A stretch of 64,000 nucleotides of DNA. Origin: Gemmatimonadaceae bacterium (GTDB lineage Bacteria > Gemmatimonadota > Gemmatimonadetes > Gemmatimonadales > Gemmatimonadaceae). This document shows, piece by piece, positions 21,273 through 28,924 of the stretch. The stretch covers positions 64,001-128,000 of the forward strand of contig JBGAJQ010000004.1 of the NCBI GenBank assembly GCA_044224875.1, written 5' to 3'. The position numbers and the translations under genes were made by a program. Below the pieces are notes generated by a model. The model was not told the origin of the DNA and did no database searches. It worked only from the letters and a program-made list of their open reading frames with translations. Position 1 is the stretch's first letter. Each line of letters opens with the position of its first letter.

Positions 21273-23009
21273 TTACCTTGCTGGTGCTACCTCACGGTAC
21301 CGGAAGACGTCGACGGTCCCATCCAGGTTCATCCAGATCCGCCACTCCTGCACCCCCCGCTCGAAAGTGGCCACGTAGATCGTTGGACCCGCCGGGCCCA
21401 CGCTCTTGAACGTTAGGGACTGCAACTCGCCAAGGTTGCGGAACGTCTCTTGGTGCTCCCCGATCTGCCGTCGCGTCTCGCGCGCCTCGCCGGCGCTCAT
21501 GAGGTCATAGTTGGGCCTCCCGGCTCGCAATTCGGCGACGAGACGTCGGATGGCGGCGTCACTTCCCGGCGCCGCCACTTGCGCCTTGAGTCGCTGCGCA
21601 ATGTCGGCCTCAATCTCGGCACGCTTCTTCGCCGCCAGCATGGAGAGAATGTCCACGGCAAGGCGATCGGAGTTCTGCTTGCCCCCGCCCACATTCCGCA
21701 GGACGACGACGCCCAGCTTCATCCCTCGGTCGAAATACATGGACGCGCGATAGCCGGCGACTCCGCCGTTATGGCCGAGGAATGAGTATCCATCACGGCT
21801 CATGGCCATGAAGCCGACGCCGTAACCACTCTCCAGGTCCTTGTCGGCCGCCACGAGGCCGTCGAAGGCATCGTCGAGCACGGATCGGGCGAGCACACTG
21901 TCCGGGCCGCGACTCAGCTGAAACACCACAAAGCGCGAAAGGTCGTCCACGGTCGTGTAGATCGCTCCGTTCGGCACCTTGTAGCCGCGCCCGTCACGTG
22001 CTTCCTGAGGAGCCGTGCGGTCGTCGAGGGTTCCGTCGGGATTGATTTCGTAGCCTACCGCCACGTCGCTGGCGATGGTCGAATCGATCTCGAATCGCGT
22101 GCGATCCATCCCGAGCGGCTTCAGAATGCGCGAACGCTCCCACGCGACATACGACTGACCCGCCGCGCGCGCGAGCGCCGCACCCAAGAGCGCGTAGCCG
22201 ATGTTCGAGTACGAGTACTCGGTCCCGGGGGTGGAGATGTAGCGCGTATGAGCGAGCGCGGCGAGCATGGTCTGCTCCCACGCCGACACCGGTCCCGTCC
22301 AGAATGGTCCCTCCTCCTCAGGCTCACGTGCCAGCCCTGCTGTCATGGTCGCCAGCTGCAAGAACGTGAACGGCGCGGCGCCAGCAGGCTTGGAGCGAAG
22401 ACGAGACACCTCCGGGACAAAACGCTCGACAGGATCGGAGAGTCGCACCTTTCCCGCTGCCACCAGCTGCATCAACATGACGGCCGTGAATGGCTTCGTA
22501 ATCGACCCTATGCGGTACACGGAACTGCGGGTGGCGAGGCGTCGCGTACTCATGTCCGCAAAGCCGACGCTTCGTGTCCACACCAACTGCGAGCCGGCGA
22601 CGATGCCCACCGTCAGGCTCCCAACGCTGTCCTTCGCGAATTCCGCGGTGACCAGGGAATCCGCGACGTCGATGCCTTTGATGGCCGGCCCGCCGCTTGT
22701 CTGGCACGGCGCGCTGGACGCGACCACGCTGCAACTCGCCAAGGACAGAGTGAGTCGCCGGACGCGCCTGAGTCTCGCGACGGCTGTTCGAGACAGACAC
22801 CGTGCCGCGGCTTCCCTCGAATGGCGTGGTGTGGTCACCCAATGTTCTGGCAGACGAGCCTGCGTTTGTAACGGCATCGAAAGCAACACCTCAGCTCCAA
22901 CGAATCTGGCGAAGAATATTTTCCGGCCGCGCGGCCATGGATCTTGGGACAACATAACGCCCACGATCCGTTGCTCGGCATGACCGGCGACGAAGGAAGT
23001 CCTCCCCAC
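21273..23009 (-). CDS. Serine hydrolase, beta-lactamase class C-like, with extra C-terminal domain
   Basis: YRIGSITK (SxxK), YSYSN, GHNGG; start uncertain (possibly about 22877 or later). Confidence 0.88.
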   Translation of the reverse strand: MGRTSFVAGHAEQRIVGVMLSQDPWPRGRKIFFARFVGAEVLLSMPLQTQARLPEHWVTTPRHSREAAARCLSRTAVARLRRVRRLTLSLASCSVVASSAPCQTSGGPAIKGIDVADSLVTAEFAKDSVGSLTVGIVAGSQLVWTRSVGFADMSTRRLATRSSVYRIGSITKPFTAVMLMQLVAAGKVRLSDPVERFVPEVSRLRSKPAGAAPFTFLQLATMTAGLAREPEEEGPFWTGPVSAWEQTMLAALAHTRYISTPGTEYSYSNIGYALLGAALARAAGQSYVAWERSRILKPLGMDRTRFEIDSTIASDVAVGYEINPDGTLDDRTAPQEARDGRGYKVPNGAIYTTVDDLSRFVVFQLSRGPDSVLARSVLDDAFDGLVAADKDLESGYGVGFMAMSRDGYSFLGHNGGVAGYRASMYFDRGMKLGVVVLRNVGGGKQNSDRLAVDILSMLAAKKRAEIEADIAQRLKAQVAAPGSDAAIRRLVAELRAGRPNYDLMSAGEARETRRQIGEHQETFRNLGELQSLTFKSVGPAGPTIYVATFERGVQEWRIWMNLDGTVDVFRYREVAPAR

Positions 23010-23090
23010 GGAGTGGAGGCACGTTCAAGTTGTAACGCGTGGCTGTGTTGAGCGAGGTCTGCCGTCCGCCCGATGATCCGATTTTCGTTC

Positions 23091-23118
23091 GGGACGAGTT
23101 CGCCGCGCCGTGTGACGA
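23091..23118. promoter_or_regulatory. Second GGGACGA-N14-GTGACGA box, with a weaker third repeat GATGA at 23072
   Basis: Lies in the divergent intergenic region; same heptamers and spacing as 7793-7820. Confidence 0.5.
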
Positions 23119-23182
23119 TTTCGGTTGGCCGACCCGATAGCGTAAGCGAGTCTACCTCTGTCCTACACAGTCGAGGGAGAAG

Positions 23183-23635
23183 ATGCGTCGCGTTGCATTA
23201 CTGTCGGCAATGCTCGTAGAGATCGTTGGACTACCTAGGTTGGCAACCGCGCAGACCGCCGCCGACACGGCCGGCATCCGGGCCGCCGCCATGGACTACA
23301 TCGAAGGGTGGTATGCTGCCGATGGGGAGCGAATGGAGCGCGCCGTCCACCCGGAGCTGGCCAAGCGCATCATCCGAACCGACAAGCAGTCGGGACGCAG
23401 CCAGCTGCAATCGATGAGCGCCATGACCCTTATAGGAGGCGCCCGCTCCGGAGGTGGTTCGCGCACACCCACGTCGCGCCAGCAGAAGGATTTCACGCTG
23501 CTCGACATCTACGAGAACGCCGCCGTCGCAAAGGTGGTCGCGTCAGATTGGGTCGACTACCTGCAGCTGGGAAAGTGGAACGGGCGTTGGGTGATCGTGA
23601 ACGTGCTGTGGGAGATGAAGCCCCAGACGCCATGA
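23183..23635 (+). CDS. Secreted NTF2-fold (lumazine-binding-like) protein
   Basis: Signal peptide; DYIEGWYAADGERMERAVHPELAKR; WVDYLQLGKWNGRWVIVNVLW; RBS GAGGGAG. Confidence 0.85.
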   Translation: MRRVALLSAMLVEIVGLPRLATAQTAADTAGIRAAAMDYIEGWYAADGERMERAVHPELAKRIIRTDKQSGRSQLQSMSAMTLIGGARSGGGSRTPTSRQQKDFTLLDIYENAAVAKVVASDWVDYLQLGKWNGRWVIVNVLWEMKPQTP

Positions 23636-24281
23636 ACGCGTACATCTCTGCGCGACTCGTTCTGGGTGTCGCCGCGCTGTTGTTTCTGCCAGCGACATCT
23701 CCCGTGCGCGTTGCGCGCCAGACGTCGCGCGGCTACGGCGCTCACGCTTCTGCACCGGATCCTCAGCAGCTTGGGTTCGACACCGTTCGCATCAATGAGC
23801 TCTATCGCCGAGCGGCGGCCGGCGAGTTTCCTGGTGTGGACGGTATCGTCATCCAGCGCCACGGGGTGGTTGTCTCGGAGCATTACTTCAACGGGTACTC
23901 ACCGGAACGCCAGCATGACATGCGTTCGGCGACAAAGAGCAGATGGCAAAGGTCGGCCAGCTGATGCTCGACCATGGTAGGGTCGCCGGCAAGCAAATCG
24001 TGCCCGAGCGCTGGGTCGCGCTGGCCTGCTCACCAATGGTCGACGAGTCCGCGAGCGGCTATCGCTATGGTCTGCTGTGGTGGCTTCGCAACCCGCTCAC
24101 TGACGATACCTCGCTCCCTTCGTGTCACGCCTCGGGGAACGGCGGCCAAAAGATCTTCGTGTTCCCGAGCGTAGACGCCGTGGTGGTGTTCACGGGGAGC
24201 AACTACAACCGGGCTCGGCTCAGTCACCAACAGCCAGTGGAAATGCTCAACCGCGCTATTCTGCCGGCCCTCACGAAGTAA
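23632..24281 (+). pseudogene. Serine hydrolase (beta-lactamase family) with a large internal deletion
   Basis: Signal peptide and HDMRSATKS (SxxK) are joined out of frame to the late motifs MAKVGQLML, YGLLWW, ASGNGGQ; the central YxN region is absent. Confidence 0.8.
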
Positions 24282-24461
24282 GTCACCGGACTCAACGCCT
24301 CCGCGCGCAGCCGATGTCCGCGGACGCGTGCCTGGCTGGTGGTACCCCACCTCTTGCCTTGCTGGAAAATGGCGTGCGGATTGAAGCGCTCCGACATGGT
24401 GGTGTTGCCGCGGGGCAGGCCCAGACACGTTGGAAGACTGTCGCAGTACCCGGCCTTGGCT

Positions 24462-24489
24462 TTGCAAGCCGTGCACCCAGTTTTAATAT
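24462..24489 (+). promoter_or_regulatory. Putative sigma70 promoter TTGCAA-N16-TAATAT
   Basis: AT-rich island in GC-rich DNA; the -10 box ends 7 nt before ATG 24496. Confidence 0.5.
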
Positions 24490-24495
24490 TGGGCC

Positions 24496-24867
24496 ATGAT
24501 GCAGGTATTGCGCGCAGTGCTCCGCGGTCCATTCCTGGCGATTTGGTTCGCGTCGTGGGTAGCGCTCGGCGCGAGCGGCCATGTGTGCGCGGTGCACGAC
24601 GCTGCGGGCAGCACGTCCTCAGGTACTCACGGCCCATCAGGACCCGCGTCCCACCACGGCCACGGTGGCAGCGACGCGCCAAGCCATCACTGCAGTTGTG
24701 TTGGGGCGTCGTGCTGCGAGGTGGCGCTGCGACCGACGGACTCCGTGCGGCTGCCCGAGCCGAAAGTCACCAGCGTTGCCGTCAGCAACAATATTTCGGC
24801 CGTGCGCGCGCCGCACGTGGATTCGGCGCGGCTCCTTCCGCCTGCGATAGGCCCTCCAGCGGTGTGA
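24496..24867 (+). CDS. His/Cys-rich small protein upstream of a TonB receptor (DUF2946-like leader)
   Basis: Hydrophobic N-terminus, HVCAVH, HHGHGG, HHCSCVGASCC, C-terminal LLPPAIGPPAV. Confidence 0.7.
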   Translation: MMQVLRAVLRGPFLAIWFASWVALGASGHVCAVHDAAGSTSSGTHGPSGPASHHGHGGSDAPSHHCSCVGASCCEVALRPTDSVRLPEPKVTSVAVSNNISAVRAPHVDSARLLPPAIGPPAV

Positions 24868-25000
24868 CGTCGGCCCCCTCTCCATTCGGGGGCACGTAAC
24901 CAAGTGCGACGCGTCCGAGGCCGGGTGCCTCGGCGCCTTGGCGTCGTCCGCGCGGGTACAATGCCCGCGTCGGCGCTCATTCCTGGAGCTCGACCTCCCC

Positions 25001-27019
25001 ATGTTCATACGCTTCCCACTCGGACGCCTCATCGTTGGCGCCGAGTTGATCTTCGTGTCGTCCGTCGGTGCGCAGCAGCGCGACACGGTCACGACCGATT
25101 CCACCACAAGCCGTCGGCGGCTCGCCCCCATCACCATAGTTGCTACGCCGGCCACGCGGTCGGCTCCGTCGAGCGCGTTGCACCTGGACGCGTCAGCTCT
25201 TCGCCTCGCGCCCGCGACGAACACCTTCGACCTGTTGCGACAGACGTCTGGCCTGGAGGTCCACGAGCAGGGGCAGGGGCCTGGCTTCACGTCCAACGCC
25301 TCGCTGCGCGGCTTCAGTTCCGACCACTCGACGGACGTGGCGCTGTGGATCGACGGCGTGCCGGTCAACGAGCCGGTGAACGGCCACGCCGAGGGCTACA
25401 ACGACTTCGCCGTGCTGTACCCCGCCGCGGTGAGCGACATCGACGTGATTCGCGGACCCACGAGCGCGCTCTTTGGAAATTTTGCGCTGGCGGGAGTGGT
25501 CAACGTCCGGACGTTGGAGCGAATGCGTGGCACGGAGCTCTCCGTCACCGGTGGGTCCAGTGGCCGCGGCGAGTTCAATGTCTTAAGTGGCTTCGATCAC
25601 GGCGCGCGCGGTGGCGGTGTGTTGGGGTTGCGCTACGAGCACGAAGACGGCTTCCGCCCGAATGCTCGATTTGACCTGGGGCAGGCACACGCCCGGGTGG
25701 TTCACGACCTGAACTCGACCCTACGCGTGGATGGCGGCGTCGAATTGTACCGCACCCGCTGGCACTCCCCCGGCTTCCTGGGCGAAGAAGACTTTGCAGC
25801 TGGCGACTACGACATCGTGTCCAATCCCAGCGATGGCGGCTACAAGCGGCGCGCGCAGGAACGCCTCAGCGTGCGCGTGTTGCGCGGGGACATGCTGTGG
25901 CGCACCACGGCCTATGCCACACAGGGGCGTTGGCAATTGTACCTGACGATCCCGCCGGCCGGCGGCCGGTTCGAGGGCACGGGCAGCCAGACGGAAGAAG
26001 AGGATGGACGACATGGGTACGGGCTCACCAGCGCCGTCACGTGGGAGCGGGCGCGCGCGACCGTGACGCTGGGCGGCGAGGCCCGCTGGGATCGCGCGTC
26101 GTACGACAACTGGTTCACCACGGACCGTGCACGCGACTCCGTAGCGGAAACCGTCACCTCCACCCAGCGAAGTGCCGCGGCCTTCGCCCGGGCAACGATT
26201 GAGCTGACGAGCCGATGGCGCGCCGAGCTGGGGCTTCGGGCAGACGCCATCTCAACCCGCGCCACAACGGTAGATGCCGGTGGGGTGAGCGCTTCCCATG
26301 CTGTCCTTTCCCCAAAGGTCGGGACCATCGTGCGCATAACGCCGCTGGTGTCTGCGTACGCCAACGTGTCGCGTGGTTTCCGCTCCGCGGACGGCATCAT
26401 CAGCGAGCCCACGCTCACACCGATCACCCTGTGGGCCTATGAGACGGGGCTCAAGTTGGATCGAGGCACGACCTCCGCGTCGGCCGCCGTCTTTCGCATG
26501 GACGTCAGCAACGAGCAGACCTTCAATCCCCTGACCGGTGCGTCCAACAACGGCGGCGCCAGTGTTCGCAACGGGATCGAACTCGACGCCCGCGGTCGTA
26601 TGGGGCGCTTCGTCACCTTCAACACGGACTGGACGTTGTTGGGCGCGAAGTACCGGCATCTCACGGCGATCCCAGAGGACGGGGACGGCGATCCGGTGGT
26701 ACTCGACCACCTGCGCGTCTACAACACGGCGCGCTATACCGGCCTCGTGACCCTCGACTGGTCACCAAGACCCGAGCACTGGCTGCTGCGCGCGACCGGC
26801 AACTTCGTGGGCCCCTACACTCCCTTTGAGCGGCCAGGAGAGGAACTCGGCGCCTACGGCCTGTTGCACCTGAGCGGGGAGTGGGCGGTCGGACGGGTGC
26901 GAACGAGTGTTGGGGTGCGGAACGTGCTGGACCGACGATACCCGGACCTCATAGCGGGCGAGGTCGTGGCGCCCGGACGTCCACGGTCGTTCTTCGTTAC
27001 GATGCGCGCGGCGCTCTAG
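25001..27019 (+). CDS. TonB-dependent receptor, possibly metal uptake
   Basis: Signal peptide; plug LRGFSSDHSTDVALWIDGVPVN..GHAEGYND; IDVIRGPTSALFG; C-terminal GVRNVLDRRY..PGRPRSFFV. Confidence 0.9.
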   Translation: MFIRFPLGRLIVGAELIFVSSVGAQQRDTVTTDSTTSRRRLAPITIVATPATRSAPSSALHLDASALRLAPATNTFDLLRQTSGLEVHEQGQGPGFTSNASLRGFSSDHSTDVALWIDGVPVNEPVNGHAEGYNDFAVLYPAAVSDIDVIRGPTSALFGNFALAGVVNVRTLERMRGTELSVTGGSSGRGEFNVLSGFDHGARGGGVLGLRYEHEDGFRPNARFDLGQAHARVVHDLNSTLRVDGGVELYRTRWHSPGFLGEEDFAAGDYDIVSNPSDGGYKRRAQERLSVRVLRGDMLWRTTAYATQGRWQLYLTIPPAGGRFEGTGSQTEEEDGRHGYGLTSAVTWERARATVTLGGEARWDRASYDNWFTTDRARDSVAETVTSTQRSAAAFARATIELTSRWRAELGLRADAISTRATTVDAGGVSASHAVLSPKVGTIVRITPLVSAYANVSRGFRSADGIISEPTLTPITLWAYETGLKLDRGTTSASAAVFRMDVSNEQTFNPLTGASNNGGASVRNGIELDARGRMGRFVTFNTDWTLLGAKYRHLTAIPEDGDGDPVVLDHLRVYNTARYTGLVTLDWSPRPEHWLLRATGNFVGPYTPFERPGEELGAYGLLHLSGEWAVGRVRTSVGVRNVLDRRYPDLIAGEVVAPGRPRSFFVTMRAAL

Positions 27020-27183
27020 GCCGGCAGCCCAGGGAGGTCGGCGGTGCGGAGTGGACCGCGCACACGTCGCCAGGGTCGTGACGGAACGAAGCGGGATACA
27101 GCCGCGACAGCAGGCGATACCGCCACATCAGGCGTCGCCGACCGTCTTGCGATTCCTGGACGTGGCCGTCTAGTTTCCGGAAC

Positions 27184-27303
27184 GGCGTCTCGGGACGCCA
27201 CCGGTCCGCGGAAAGGGCTGCGCCCACCTGCTGTAGGACATCGATTCCAGCGCCCTCTTCGGGCCGATCGTGCGGACGCCGGCCATTCTCCGAAGGAGGC
27301 GTC
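27184..27303 (+). promoter_or_regulatory. Structured 5' leader candidate upstream of the ankyrin gene
   Basis: GGCGTC-TCGG-GACGCC hairpin; GTCCGCG pairs with TGCGGAC; AGGGC pairs with GCCCT; then RBS AAGGAGG. Confidence 0.35.
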
Positions 27304-28842
27304 ATGCCATCGCGATTTCATCGCACACTGCCCGCGCGCCCGGATCTCGACCAGCAAAAGCGGCTCGCGAAGGACCTGCTGAATGCGTTCGACGCGGGCG
27401 ACGGTGAAGCCCGCGAGCGCGTCAGAGACGCACTCCCCGACAAGCGCGAGATTGCCCTGGCCGACGCGCAGTACGTGTTGGCCCGCGAATACGGTTATGC
27501 AAATTGGGCAACACTCAAGCAGCACATCGACACACTCACTGCGGCCTCCGTGTCGCCAGAGATGCAGCTGCACCAGGCCGTGGCCCGACGCGATGCCAGG
27601 GAGACGCGCCGCCTGCTCGAACGACATCCGGGCCTCACGAAGTTCATCAATGCGCCGATCTTCGACTTCGACTCGCCGCCCATCGTTGCCCTGAGTCAGG
27701 ACGCGGCCATGGTGGACGTGCTGCTGGACTTTGGCGCCGATCCGAATCAGAAGAGCAACTGGTGGGCGGGTGGGTTCCACGCACTGCACACGGCAACCGC
27801 GGCCGCTGCCGAGCGATTGCTGGCGAGGGGCGCGGTGCCAGACGCGTGCGCGCTCGCCCACTTGGGGCGCGCCGAGCAACTCGAAGAGATGATCGCAGCG
27901 AATCCATCCGCCGTACATGAACGAGGCGGTGACGGACAAACGCCGCTGCATTTCGCTTCCACGCGCGCGGTGGTCGATCTGTTGCTGGACGCTGGCGCGG
28001 ATATCGATGCGAAAGACGTGGACCACCGGTCCACCCCCGCCGAATGGATGCTCGGCACGCCCGACACGCCGAAACGGACGGAACTTGCGCGCTATCTGGT
28101 GTCACGTGGTGCACAGGCGGACATCTTCATGGCGGCCGCGCTCGGACTCGTCGATCGCGCGCGCGAATTGCTCGCCCGCGACGCATCGTTGTTGGACTTG
28201 CATGTTGGACGCGGCCCATATGGGGAACAGCCACCCAGCAGCTTCCACATCTACATGTGGACCATCGGAAACTCGCGGTCTCCGATGGACGTGGCGCGGT
28301 GGTACGGTCACGAGGATGTCGTGGCAGTCATGCGTGGAATAGCCTCGCCGCGCCACCTGCTGCTTGCAGCCCTGTCGCAAGGTGACGAACGCGAGGTGCG
28401 AGCGATTGCCGCAGAAAATCCCGGGGTCGTTGAACGGCTGGATCCAGCGGACCATGCGCTGGCTGCAGACGCCGCGTGGAACGGCAACGCGAGCGCGCTG
28501 GCGATGATGCTGGAGATCGGATTGGACCCACGCGCCCCGGGCCACGACAGCGGTACGGCGCTGCATTGCGCGGCGTGGGAGGGGTGCGTCGAGTGCGTGG
28601 AGCTGCTCGTCAAGCGGGAGGATGCTCGCGAGCTAGTCCCCATCGAGGATGCGCACTACAAGGCGACGCCGCTGGGCTGGTGCTGTCATGGGTCTGTACA
28701 CGGCAATCCACACCGCGATCGCGCGCGAATCGCCCAGTTGCTGCTGGAGGCCGGCGCCGATCCCGACCATGGCATCCGCGACGCATCGCCCGCGGTCACG
28801 GCGGTGCTTGACGCTTGGCGCCGACGCCGGTCAGGAACGTGA
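27304..28842 (+). CDS. Ankyrin-repeat protein with N-terminal helical domain
   Basis: GQTPLHFA, GTALHCAAWEG, ATPLGWC, LLDAGADIDAKD; N-terminal LPARPDLDQ..LADAQYVLAREYGYANW. Confidence 0.92.
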   Translation: MPSRFHRTLPARPDLDQQKRLAKDLLNAFDAGDGEARERVRDALPDKREIALADAQYVLAREYGYANWATLKQHIDTLTAASVSPEMQLHQAVARRDARETRRLLERHPGLTKFINAPIFDFDSPPIVALSQDAAMVDVLLDFGADPNQKSNWWAGGFHALHTATAAAAERLLARGAVPDACALAHLGRAEQLEEMIAANPSAVHERGGDGQTPLHFASTRAVVDLLLDAGADIDAKDVDHRSTPAEWMLGTPDTPKRTELARYLVSRGAQADIFMAAALGLVDRARELLARDASLLDLHVGRGPYGEQPPSSFHIYMWTIGNSRSPMDVARWYGHEDVVAVMRGIASPRHLLLAALSQGDEREVRAIAAENPGVVERLDPADHALAADAAWNGNASALAMMLEIGLDPRAPGHDSGTALHCAAWEGCVECVELLVKREDARELVPIEDAHYKATPLGWCCHGSVHGNPHRDRARIAQLLLEAGADPDHGIRDASPAVTAVLDAWRRRRSGT

Positions 28843-28924
28843 CCACGCATTGAAGGGGGCAGCAACCAGGATGTCTCGAGCACGTCGCCCACGCGCCGTC
28901 GAGGCATCCGGGTTGCAGCCGCCG

